Source: an uncultured Muribaculaceae bacterium
GTDB taxonomy: Bacteria > Cyanobacteriota > Vampirovibrionia > Gastranaerophilales > Gastranaerophilaceae
Assembly: GCA_964640325.1 (NCBI GenBank)
Contig: CAZXID010000001.1
Location: forward strand, 3,994-67,993
Direction: 5' to 3'
DNA length: 64,000 nucleotides
Shown here in pieces: positions 47,013 to 55,768 of the stretch. A program made the position numbers and the translations under genes. The notes under the pieces are model-generated. The model made no database searches, was not told the DNA's origin, and was given only the letters and a program-made list of their open reading frames with translations. Every line of letters starts with the position of its first letter. The stretch's first letter is position 1.

Positions 47013-48303
47013 TAAAATAAAAGCAATTATTTTTGAATATTTAAAAACCTTCATATTGACGATAATTACTATGTCGATTGTTTTATTGATAGTGTTTGCT
47101 TTTGCACAACACAGTGCTTATAACAATATTATTAACAGCCAAGTTCAAGATGATGAAATTGAATATTACTTAATAGGAATGCTTATCGACAAAAACAAAT
47201 ATTTGGAAGAAAAATACCCCAAAAATTATAAGATTAATTTGAAGCTGGGAATTTTGTACGAAGTTGCTCAGAATTATTCAAATTCAGAACAACAGTACAA
47301 AATGGCCATGGCGAAAGCTCCTTTTGATGAATTCCAGCCCACATACAGGCTTGCAAATTTATATATAAGGCTTGGAAAAGTAAACGAGGCCGAAGAACTT
47401 ATGGCAAAAATACAGGAAAGGCCGAACAAGGCTCTTATCAAGTACAAAGGTGAAATATATAACAAGCTGGGGGATTACTTTTATAATAATGGCGATTACA
47501 AAGTCGCAGTAGAAAAATATAAAGAGGCTCTTTTTTATTATAAAATTCTTAAATCCGAAGAGGTTAAAAATATCAATAACAGTATGGCTTCTGCTTATGT
47601 TTACCTTGCCGATGAAGAAGTTTATAATATGAAAATACAAGAAGCTATTGAAACATTGAAAGCAGCTATGAGTATTGTAGATGCTCCTATTTTAAAATAT
47701 AAGCTGGCATTGCTTCTTACGCAAAAAGATCCGGATTTGGCTTACAAATATTTTGAAGAAGTTTTTAAAAAAGAACCCTCTATAATCAACTATGACTTTT
47801 ATGAACAGTTTTTGCTTCATAGGGCAGATGAGGCCTTTGTTCAAGGCAAAAAGGCGGAATCCGATTTGATGCAATACAGGGCAAAAAAATTCAAAGAATA
47901 TTACAAAAATAATATTTTATCTGTTGATGATGTTTCAATAGAATATTGCGAAGGTAATATAATTTATAACAAGTGGAATAAAAAATATACTGTTAATCTT
48001 CAAATGCAGCTTAAAAACACTTCTTCAAGAAATTTGAATTCTCTGTTTGTTCAGATAATTTTCAAAGACGAAGCCAGACAAATAACAGATTATTTTGAAC
48101 AGATTGTCGATAAAAATTCTGTACTTAAAGCCGGTTCTTTCAGCCCGATTATCAATATACAAACTTCTAAAAGAGAGTTTAATAGAGAAGATAAGAGAAA
48201 GACTATAACAGCTGAGGTTTATGTTTCAAAGCTTTCAAATTCTTATAAACTTTATCTTACAACAATTCCGATTAAAGAGCAGAAAAATAAAAAAGCCAAA
48301 TGA
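47005..48303 (+). CDS. Membrane-anchored TPR-repeat protein
   Basis: N-terminal TM helix (FILTIITMSIVLLIVFAFA), then several TPR-like 34-aa units (e.g. LGILYEVAQNYSNSEQQYKMAMAKAP, LANLYIRLGKVNEAEELMAKI, LGDYFYNNGDYKVAVEKYKEAL). The ATG at 47005 overlaps the mgtC end by 8 nt. Confidence 0.55.
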   Translation: MINKIKAIIFEYLKTFILTIITMSIVLLIVFAFAQHSAYNNIINSQVQDDEIEYYLIGMLIDKNKYLEEKYPKNYKINLKLGILYEVAQNYSNSEQQYKMAMAKAPFDEFQPTYRLANLYIRLGKVNEAEELMAKIQERPNKALIKYKGEIYNKLGDYFYNNGDYKVAVEKYKEALFYYKILKSEEVKNINNSMASAYVYLADEEVYNMKIQEAIETLKAAMSIVDAPILKYKLALLLTQKDPDLAYKYFEEVFKKEPSIINYDFYEQFLLHRADEAFVQGKKAESDLMQYRAKKFKEYYKNNILSVDDVSIEYCEGNIIYNKWNKKYTVNLQMQLKNTSSRNLNSLFVQIIFKDEARQITDYFEQIVDKNSVLKAGSFSPIINIQTSKREFNREDKRKTITAEVYVSKLSNSYKLYLTTIPIKEQKNKKAK

Positions 48304-48323
48304 TTTTTCATTTGGCTTTTTTA
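48295..48323. terminator. Bidirectional terminator between convergent genes
   Basis: GCCAAATG / CATTTGGC stem with an A-tract upstream and a T-tract downstream. The TGA stop of the TPR gene lies in the stem. Confidence 0.7.
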
Positions 48324-48338
48324 TTTTTCTATTTTTTA

Positions 48339-49355
48339 CTATTGAGCTTGTCCGCGAGCTCTCATAAATCTCATTGATGCGTCGTGATATTCATCGCCCA
48401 ACAAAGTTAAATTTACAGTCCCGCCGGTAGGTAAGTCACTATAAACATCGTATTTTCTGCCGCGGATGGAATGGCCCAACCTTTGTTCAAATTGTGCCAA
48501 AGTTATTTCCGGTATTTGCAGTTTTGCTTGCAATTCTTTTATTGCAGTCCAATCTTCAGTGGTTAATTGATTATATGTTTTATTATTTTTAAGTGCATAT
48601 ATTTCGCCGGCTATTTTGTAGGCACTATCTTCGCGGACAGCTCTGTATCCTGAAAGGGTTGTGTTTTCTGTATTTCTTTGTGTTTGTTGGGCCAATTCGG
48701 CTTCTTTTGCTCTTATAAGTTCTTGAATTTGTGCTAAAGTTTCAGTTCCGGTAAGGGTGATGCCAAGTTCTTGTGCTCTTGTTTTTGCTGCGGCTAGAGC
48801 ATCGGCCTCTTGTGTTTGTTGGGCCAATTGAGCTTCTTTTGCCCTTATAAGTTCTTGAATTTGAGCCAAAGTTTCAGTCCCTGTAAGAGTAATGCCAAGT
48901 TCTTGTGCTCTGTTTTTTGCTGCGGTTAAAGCAGGGTCTTCCGGTGCGGGCGCTGGTGCAGGCGCTGGTGCAGGTGCAGGCGCTGGTGCAGGTGCTGGCG
49001 CGGGTGCAGGTGCAGGCGCTGGTGCAGGCGCTGGTGCAGGTGCAGGTGCTGGCGCGGGTGCAGGTGCAGGCGCTGGTGCAGGCGCTGGTGCTGGCGCGGG
49101 TGTTTCTTTTGGCATCATTGAATTAGCCAAGGAGGCAAAAATATTTGTTCCAAAGAATCCTGCGCTGAATTCATTAAAACCGAAACCGCCGGGATAATAG
49201 TTCGCCCCCGCCGTGAATATCGGCATTATGCTAAGGAAGTTCATGCTGGAGTTCCAAGAATTATATATATTTCTTGTTTCCTGCGTGGGGCCGTATCCGG
49301 TCGTGTTGCCTGTACCAAATGATCCGACTCCAAAAAAGTTAAACGGCATTGACAT
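48339..49355 (-). CDS. Hypothetical protein: Gly/Phe/Asn-rich N-domain, long (Pro-Ala)n tract, two tandem 44-aa helical repeats, C-terminal globular domain
   Basis: The ATG at 49355 lies 8 nt after AAGAGGA. The architecture is read from the translation. The N-domain is paralogous to that of the neighbouring gene 49528-50586. Confidence 0.6.
   Translation of the reverse strand: MSMPFNFFGVGSFGTGNTTGYGPTQETRNIYNSWNSSMNFLSIMPIFTAGANYYPGGFGFNEFSAGFFGTNIFASLANSMMPKETPAPAPAPAPAPAPAPAPAPAPAPAPAPAPAPAPAPAPAPAPAPAPAPAPAPAPEDPALTAAKNRAQELGITLTGTETLAQIQELIRAKEAQLAQQTQEADALAAAKTRAQELGITLTGTETLAQIQELIRAKEAELAQQTQRNTENTTLSGYRAVREDSAYKIAGEIYALKNNKTYNQLTTEDWTAIKELQAKLQIPEITLAQFEQRLGHSIRGRKYDVYSDLPTGGTVNLTLLGDEYHDASMRFMRARGQAQ
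48678..48941 (-). repeat. Tandem 132-bp duplication inside the coding sequence (encodes AAK(N/T)RAQELGITLTGTETLAQIQELIRAKEA(Q/E)LAQQTQ twice)
   Basis: Units start at 48678 and 48810 (period 132) and carry scattered substitutions. Confidence 0.85.
48942..49101 (-). repeat. GC-rich imperfect hexanucleotide repeat encoding about 26 Pro-Ala dipeptides
   Basis: GGTGCAGGCGCT / GGTGCTGGCGCG-type units on the plus strand. A marked GC island in an AT-rich genome. Confidence 0.9.
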
Positions 49356-49527
49356 AATAAAAATCCTCTTGTTTAATATCCTATATTTATATAAAAACAA
49401 TTTGAAATGCATGATTGCCATGAGCTTCAGACATGTTTACAAAACTTAATATTACATAGGTTAAAAAATATTAAGGCTTTTATAATATTTAAATATTAAA
49501 TAAATCTTTTCAACATAAAATATTTGT

Positions 49528-50586
49528 TTAACATATAACCATTGCCATAGATGTTATCATGGGCGCTTGTACATTTACATTATAGACCTCGTTTGAAGGT
49601 CCTGTAACTCTAATGGATTTATAATTTCTGTTATTTCCTGTTCCAACCGTGTCATAAATATAGTTTACTGATTTGGCATTTTGAACTTGGGTTCTTCTAA
49701 TTATCCCCCCTTGTAAGTTTCTTTCAAAAAGTGTTTTTGTGGTTCCCTCATCCAGTAATATTAAATGTCCGGAATTATTATAAAATTCCACTCTTGTACA
49801 TTTCCCGTTTTTGTAAAATTCTTTGACATTTACGTTTTTATTTGCATAGCTTTTTACTAAAAATCCTTGATTATTTAGTGTAACGGTTTCCCCGGGGCGA
49901 TAAGTTGTATTTTTTACTTGTGAATAACGTTTAGATGTATAGCTGCCATCAGCATAATAGAGTGTTTCTAGTGTTTTTGTTCCGTTAGAATCGTAATTTT
50001 CAGCCAAATGGGTTCCGTCTGCTTTCCAAGTGGTTTTGCTTATCATTTTGTTATTTTGTCCATAATTTTCAACAATAGTATTTCCCTGAGCATCAACATA
50101 TTGCCTTAAAGTATTCGCGCCCTTTGTAAATACGTATTCTCCTTCACGATATTCTACGCCGGGGATTTGTGATACCGGCGGGCTGTTTTCCACTAAAGAA
50201 TTATTACTTACATTTGTGTTTGTTGAGTTTAGAATATCTGTATTGCCTGCGGGAGTAATTCCTGTATTGTTAAGATTATTTTGTGGAGCGCCTTGCGTGT
50301 CAGTGGTATTATTCATTAGTGTTGGCAAAGGTGCTTTGCTTAGAAGCGAAGATAAGTTATACAAGAAGTTGTATCCTGAAAAACAAGTCGGGGAGAGAAA
50401 TGGCATGTTCATATCCCATAAAGAAGGACCATATCCAAACGGTGACATGCCGCCGGTGTTAAAATAACCGCCCCAGATGTTTGAAGTCGCTGCCGGTGAA
50501 GCCTGATTCGTCGTTGTTTGCGTTGAGGCTTCCTGTGGCTGAATCGTTGGCCTGATTGTCACATCATTTACGATTGGCTCTGTCAT
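49528..50586 (-). CDS. Hypothetical protein: N-domain paralogous to the PA-repeat protein, Asn/Thr-rich linker, C-terminal MORN/YwqK-like repeats
   Basis: GGAGGA RBS. The N-domain shares GYGP, M(N/P)FLS and SLL/SLA motifs with the 48339-49355 product. The C-terminal half has recurring Y..G....E.Y..nG units (VENYGQNNKMISKTTWKADGTHLAENYDSNGTKTLETLYYADGSYTSKRY). Confidence 0.55.
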   Translation of the reverse strand: MTEPIVNDVTIRPTIQPQEASTQTTTNQASPAATSNIWGGYFNTGGMSPFGYGPSLWDMNMPFLSPTCFSGYNFLYNLSSLLSKAPLPTLMNNTTDTQGAPQNNLNNTGITPAGNTDILNSTNTNVSNNSLVENSPPVSQIPGVEYREGEYVFTKGANTLRQYVDAQGNTIVENYGQNNKMISKTTWKADGTHLAENYDSNGTKTLETLYYADGSYTSKRYSQVKNTTYRPGETVTLNNQGFLVKSYANKNVNVKEFYKNGKCTRVEFYNNSGHLILLDEGTTKTLFERNLQGGIIRRTQVQNAKSVNYIYDTVGTGNNRNYKSIRVTGPSNEVYNVNVQAPMITSMAMVIC

Positions 50587-50621
50587 AATATCCTCCCAAA
50601 ATTATCCTCTTAATAATATTA

Positions 50622-50667
50622 AAAAAAACTAAAGCCCATTATTGACACATGTTTGGGCTTTTTTTCT
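50622..50667 (-). terminator. Terminator hairpin after rimO (bidirectional geometry)
   Basis: AAAGCCCA / TGGGCTTT stem with A- and T-tracts on both sides. Confidence 0.6.
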
Positions 50668-50720
50668 TAAGAAAAGGTTAAAGGTCAATAAAATCAAAGA
50701 AAAAACTTATTTACAAAACT

Positions 50721-52067
50721 TCACAAAGTGCCATAAAGGTCGTATTCATCAGCAGAAGTTATTAAAATGTTTTCGACTTCTCCCGGGATAACGGGTTTGT
50801 CTGTAGAAATATAAACAAGCCCGTCAATCTCGACGGCATCTCTTTGAGATCGGGCTATAACTTGTCCTTCGTTATCTATGCTTTCTATCATACATTGGAG
50901 CGTTTTGCCTACAAAGGTTTCATTTATCTCTTTTGAAATTTTTTGCTGAAGCTCCATTAATTTATCAGCGCGATGTTGTTTAACTTTTTCGCTAACCTGT
51001 CCTTCCATATCATAAGAAACGGTATTTCTTTCTCTTGAGTATTTAAAGACACCCATCTTATCAAAGCGCATTTTTTCGACAAAGTTGTAAAGATGTTCAA
51101 AATGTTCTTCTTTTTCTCCCGGGTACCCGACTATAAAAGCTGTTCTCAGCGTTGCTTGGGGAATTTTAGCTCTAATATTATTTATAAGTTTTTCATAATC
51201 AAAAGCGGGTCTGCGCATTGATTTTAAAATATCCGGATGAGAATGTTGAAGGGGAATATCAATGTATTTTACTACTTTGTCAAGCTTGGCTATTTTATTC
51301 ATTAATTCGTCGTTGAGCATTGACGGATACGCATACATTATTCTTATCCAGGAAATTTGTTCAATTTTGTTTAATTCTTCCAAAAGAGAAGAAAGCATGG
51401 GTTTTGGATAAATGTCCGTTCCATAACTTGTAGTATCTTGTGCAACCAGAACAATCTCACTTACTCCTTTTTGGGCAAGCATTTCGGCTTCTTCAATGAT
51501 GTTTTCCATTTTTCTGGAATGATATTCACCTCTGAGCTGAGGGATTATGCAGTAGCCGCAGTGATAATTGCAGCCTTCGGCAATTTTTATGTAACAACTG
51601 CTTCCGACAGTGATTTGCTGTCTTTGGATTGCTTCGGGGTAAATATATTGGGGTTTTTGGGAGACGTGTGAAATATAGTCATTTTCTGTAAGACAAATTT
51701 CAACATTAGCCGAAGAGTTTTCTTTCATACAGCATGTAAGTTTATCTACTACTTCAGCAATTTTTTTAAAATCGGTTGTGCCGACCATTGCAACAATTTC
51801 AGGGATGGCTTTTTTAAGTTCTTCTTTGTGTTTTTGAGGCAAGCAACCTGCTACAATAACTTTTTTGCCAGAATTAACCATTTCCAGAATCGAGCGAACC
51901 GATTCTTCTTCGGCATCGTGAATAAAGGAGCACGTATTTACAATAACAATTGGCGCTTGGGTTTCGTCAAGAGTTATTTCATAGCCTCTTTCGCTCAAAA
52001 GCCCGAGCATAAGCTCTGAATCGATAAGATTTTTGGCACATCCGTGATTTATTAAAGCAATTTTCAT
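50721..52067 (-). CDS. rimO: Ribosomal protein S12 methylthiotransferase RimO
   Basis: MKIALINHGCAKNLIDSE N-terminus, radical-SAM CNYHCGYC, C-terminal TRAM domain. Confidence 0.9.
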   Translation of the reverse strand: MKIALINHGCAKNLIDSELMLGLLSERGYEITLDETQAPIVIVNTCSFIHDAEEESVRSILEMVNSGKKVIVAGCLPQKHKEELKKAIPEIVAMVGTTDFKKIAEVVDKLTCCMKENSSANVEICLTENDYISHVSQKPQYIYPEAIQRQQITVGSSCYIKIAEGCNYHCGYCIIPQLRGEYHSRKMENIIEEAEMLAQKGVSEIVLVAQDTTSYGTDIYPKPMLSSLLEELNKIEQISWIRIMYAYPSMLNDELMNKIAKLDKVVKYIDIPLQHSHPDILKSMRRPAFDYEKLINNIRAKIPQATLRTAFIVGYPGEKEEHFEHLYNFVEKMRFDKMGVFKYSRERNTVSYDMEGQVSEKVKQHRADKLMELQQKISKEINETFVGKTLQCMIESIDNEGQVIARSQRDAVEIDGLVYISTDKPVIPGEVENILITSADEYDLYGTL

Positions 52068-52140
52068 TTTTTACCTCTGTGATTATATTAACATGACAAA
52101 AAAAAGAAATTAATCCCTATTTGCATATAAAAGTTTTAGC

Positions 52141-52169
52141 TTGACAGGGTGTATTGTTTATGTTATAAA
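52141..52169 (+). promoter_or_regulatory. Near-consensus sigma-70 promoter (TTGACA - 17 nt - TATAAA)
   Basis: Hexamers at 52141-52146 and 52164-52169, read directly from the sequence. Confidence 0.55.
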
Positions 52170-52195
52170 TTTTGTGGGGTAAATGTATATTTATG

Positions 52196-52226
52196 AGCCT
52201 TGGACATTTTTCAAGGCTTTTTGTTT
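52196..52226 (+). terminator. Terminator-like hairpin about 30 nt downstream of the promoter (candidate small RNA or attenuator)
   Basis: AGCCTTG / CAAGGCT stem (52196-52218) followed by TTTTGTTT. Confidence 0.5.
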
Positions 52227-52308
52227 GCAAAAAAATAGCTCTGTTTAGCAATTTGATTTTTTAAAAAATGGTTTATAATAAAGATGTGTTGGTGCAGAAA
52301 GATGAAAA

Positions 52309-52914
52309 ATGATTATCAAATCAAAAAGAGCAGATAACATTGTTGAAATGATAGTAATAACAATAGCTGTGGTTGTTGTTTTGAACCTTGTTTTAGGTAA
52401 AGTATATGACAATTTTAAAGATACCATAGCAAACAGCAAATACAGCAAGCTTTTTAGATCTAATCAGACAAGTTTTGAACCCTCTTCGGGGGTTAATTAT
52501 TCAAACCCAGATTCTCAAATAAATGTTCCGCTTGTAGGCGAACAGGGGCTTACAAGGTATCGCAGCGGCGCAGAAAGGACTATAACTTCACTTTGGGATC
52601 CTTCAAATCCTCAGAGTTTATTGGACAACCCTGTCGCACAAAAAAATCTTGCTGAAGCAGCCACGGTATTAAGAGTTATAAATCAACGTTTTGACGGGAA
52701 TTCAGATTATTATTATCCATTCGTTTCCCCTAGCCCTGCTTCTTTTTTAATGCAAAATTCAATTGCAGTTCAAGAATATAAGACGGTAATTTCAACTGAA
52801 AATTATAGTTACAGCGCTTGTATACCACCTCAAACCAATGCTGCAGCACTTTCAGATGCCGATAAAATAAAAGAACTTGCTTGTGTAAAGGCTGTCTTTC
52901 ATAATAACAGATGA
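52309..52914 (+). CDS. Hypothetical protein with a single N-terminal hydrophobic helix
   Basis: 201-aa ORF. The N-terminus KRADNIVEMIVITIAVVVVLNLVLG loosely resembles a pilin-type leader (Glu five residues after a small residue), but not convincingly. Confidence 0.4.
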   Translation: MIIKSKRADNIVEMIVITIAVVVVLNLVLGKVYDNFKDTIANSKYSKLFRSNQTSFEPSSGVNYSNPDSQINVPLVGEQGLTRYRSGAERTITSLWDPSNPQSLLDNPVAQKNLAEAATVLRVINQRFDGNSDYYYPFVSPSPASFLMQNSIAVQEYKTVISTENYSYSACIPPQTNAAALSDADKIKELACVKAVFHNNR

Positions 52915-52919
52915 TTTAA

Positions 52920-53723
52920 TCAGCGCGCCATAGGAGTTGTGTAATTCGGCCGAATAGCACCGTCTTTTATTGTAAAGGCTACGTTATCATAAATGCTTGA
53001 ACCGCCTTCAGGGAACTGTACTCTCAGTTGTGTTGTAGACTGTGGAATTAGCGAGTGGCTCAATATATCATTCATTGATAATGTTTGTATAGCACTTCCG
53101 GTTTCGTTGGTTATTAGGCGGTCTTTTTGATAAGTTGGCTCCGGCCATCCATTATAATCCGGATTGTAGGCCTCTGATGGTGAAATAAACGCGGTAGAAA
53201 TCCCATGTATTATTTCGTTATCGCCATTTAATTCAGAATTATATAAGGAATAATACGCAACGCCTGATATTGAAACTTTTTCTACCATTTTAAATTCGTT
53301 TTGGTTAGAAACAATAGCTTTGAACTCATGCCATGTTTGGTCACCCGGACAAAAGTATTTAAATCCCGTAATTGGTTTATTAGGAATCGGGATTCCGAGG
53401 TGATTTCCATACCAGTCAATTAGTCTTTGCCCTACTTCAGAATTATTAAAAGTCGGGGTTTGGGTTCGCACAGTATTTCTGACAGAAATGCCGTTTGTTT
53501 GTTCGGCATCATCAACAAAAAATTCGGTTTCGGCTTTTTTATCAGGTCCGGTTATATTCTTTATTTGACAGCCCGCGGTTCCTAAAAGCAGAGCCGCAAG
53601 TCCAACCTGAAACAAATTGGCGGTTTTCGGCATTTTTGAAGGTGACTTGATTTTTCTTGCTTCAAAATTAACCTGTTTGTTTGGTTGAGAATAATTTATT
53701 TTAGAAACAGCTGATATTTTCAT
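52920..53723 (-). CDS. Hypothetical lipoprotein
   Basis: The ATG at 53723 follows GGAGTGG. The lipobox LLGTAGC comes after a ~35-aa polar N-terminal extension. Confidence 0.55.
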   Translation of the reverse strand: MKISAVSKINYSQPNKQVNFEARKIKSPSKMPKTANLFQVGLAALLLGTAGCQIKNITGPDKKAETEFFVDDAEQTNGISVRNTVRTQTPTFNNSEVGQRLIDWYGNHLGIPIPNKPITGFKYFCPGDQTWHEFKAIVSNQNEFKMVEKVSISGVAYYSLYNSELNGDNEIIHGISTAFISPSEAYNPDYNGWPEPTYQKDRLITNETGSAIQTLSMNDILSHSLIPQSTTQLRVQFPEGGSSIYDNVAFTIKDGAIRPNYTTPMAR

Positions 53724-53912
53724 GGCATCCACTCCGATTTTACACCTTAACACTTGTATATATAATAAATCTAAAAGAAAAAAATTGTCATTTTTTAACA
53801 AAATGTTACGGAAAACACACAAAAATTGCCTAGTTGGGGGGTAGGCTAAAAAAATTAAAATATTGTTTTGTTAAAGTCGCATTTATGGTAAAATTATTTC
53901 AAGAGGTATGTT

Positions 53913-54785
53913 TTGAAAAGAGTTTTGATTACAGGAGCAACCGGATTAATTGGAAAAGAGGCAATTGAGCCGCTTTTGGATGCAGGATTTGAAGTTTTTG
54001 CTCTTGTAATAGATAAAAATACAGACAGCAGGGTTAATTGGGTTGAGGCAAATCTTTTTGATCTTGAAGATATAAAAAGAGTTTTTGAAGAAATAAAGCC
54101 CGAATATTTATTGCATTTTGCCTGGATTACAAGCGGGGATTATCTTGCTTCCGACATAAACTATAAACTTGTCGATGCAAGCTTGAATATGATTGATCAA
54201 TTCCATAAAAATGGAGGTAAAAGGGCTGTTTTTGCAGGAACTTGTTTTGAATATGAATTTAAAGATACTCCGCTTAAAGAAACGGATAAACTTAATCCGA
54301 CAACGGTTTACGCAAAATGTAAAAATGAATTAAGACAAAAAGCTCAGGAATTTTGTACTCAAAACGGACTAAGTTTTGGCTGGGGTAGAATTTTCTACGT
54401 TTACGGGCATGGGGAAAATGAAAAAAGGCTTGTTGCAAATGTAATAAAGTCAATCAAAGAAGGAAGAAAAGTTTTAATAACAGCAGGCAGGCTTATTAAA
54501 GATTATATGTACACAAAAGATATTGCCGGAGCATTTGTTAAATTTTTGGATTCTGATGTTAAGGGTATTGTAAATATTTGTACGGGGATGCCGGTTTCAA
54601 TCAAAGATTTTGTTGAAAAAATAACTTCAAAAATAGGCAAAAAAGGTTTTGTCGAGTTTGTTGATGATTGTGTTAATCAACCCCCGGTCATAGCAGGGGA
54701 TAATTCAAGATTGATTAATGAGGTGGGTTATAAAATAAAATACGATGCAGATACCGCGTTAAGTGAAATTATAGAGAATTATTAA
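53913..54785 (+). CDS. NAD-dependent epimerase/dehydratase (extended SDR)
   Basis: VLITGATGLIGKE Rossmann motif and YAKCK catalytic YxxxK. TTG start. Confidence 0.8.
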   Translation: MKRVLITGATGLIGKEAIEPLLDAGFEVFALVIDKNTDSRVNWVEANLFDLEDIKRVFEEIKPEYLLHFAWITSGDYLASDINYKLVDASLNMIDQFHKNGGKRAVFAGTCFEYEFKDTPLKETDKLNPTTVYAKCKNELRQKAQEFCTQNGLSFGWGRIFYVYGHGENEKRLVANVIKSIKEGRKVLITAGRLIKDYMYTKDIAGAFVKFLDSDVKGIVNICTGMPVSIKDFVEKITSKIGKKGFVEFVDDCVNQPPVIAGDNSRLINEVGYKIKYDADTALSEIIENY

Positions 54786-54847
54786 TAAATATTGACATTT
54801 ATATATGCTAAGTTCAAAATAATATTAGTTAAAAAATTGGAGAAAAT

Positions 54848-55417
54848 ATGTTAAACGGTAAAACAGTATTAATTACAGGTGGAACAGGAAGCTTCGGTAA
54901 AAAATTTATTCAGGCTGTGTTTGAAAAATATCCCGATGTTAAAAAGGTAATAGTTTTTTCACGAGATGAATACAAACAGTTTGTTATGCAAAATATGCCT
55001 GAATTTAAAATTCATGAAGAAAAAATGCGTTATTTTATCGGAGATGTAAGGGATAAAGAAAGGCTTTACAGAGCTTTTGAAGGGGTTGATGTAGTTGTGC
55101 ATGCTGCTGCCTTAAAACAAGTTCCAGCCTGTGAATATAATCCTTTTGAGGCAGTTAAAACAAATGTGCTTGGCGCACAAAACGTTATAGATGCTTCAAT
55201 AGACAAAGGCGTTAAAAGAGTAGTTGCACTTTCGACAGATAAGGCTTGCGCGCCGATTAACCTTTACGGTGCAACAAAATTATGTTCTGATAAATTATTT
55301 ATAGCAGGAAATGCTTACGTTGGCCAAAATGAAACCAGATTTTCTGTTACAAATGGACAGTCGAAACGAGAACAAGTGACAGTCCAAATGAGAAATTTGA
55401 AAATTTATCAAAAATAG
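54848..55417 (+). pseudogene. Truncated PseB/CapD/FlaA1-like UDP-GlcNAc 4,6-dehydratase (only about the first 167 codons are homologous)
   Basis: Matches the family through LITGGTGSFGK, FIGDVRD, HAAALKQVPACEYNP, LSTDKACAPINLYGATKLCSDKLF and TRFSV. It then diverges (TNGQSKREQ...) instead of continuing VRYGNV..., and stops at 189 aa. Family members are about 330 aa. Confidence 0.7.
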
Positions 55418-55603
55418 ATATAAAGTTGGGGAATTTTTTCTTAAACTTATGGAAACTTTTTCCAAGAGTTGTTGATATAAAATTACAAAAAATTTTAATA
55501 TATTAATCTAACAACGAATATTAGTAAACATTAATTCATCAATGCCATTATTTTTGACTATTTCAAATTAAAATACCTTAACAATTAAAATAGACTGAAA
55601 TTC

Positions 55604-55630
55604 AATAATAATAATAATAATAATAATAAT
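55604..55630. repeat. (AAT)9 microsatellite
   Basis: Nine perfect units. The last units form one arm of an imperfect hairpin with TTTTTTACATTATT downstream. Lies about 140 nt upstream of the GT2 gene. Confidence 0.9.
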
Positions 55631-55768
55631 GTAGAAAAAGTTGTTTTTAATACTTTTTTACATTATTATTTAGAATATAATTATGTTGAAGAAAATATTA
55701 ATTCTGGCTGTATTTTTTTAAACAAAAAAACTAATTGTCTCAATTATTAATTTAAATTCGGAGAAATA

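Noticed and set aside
48892-49197. Plus-strand ORFs (48892-49197 and 48905-49126) encoding poly(Gly-Ala)/(Ala-Leu-Val-Gln) repeats
   Set aside because: They are antisense read-throughs of the GC-rich hexamer repeat. The minus-strand ORF is much longer, has an RBS and carries non-repetitive flanking domains.
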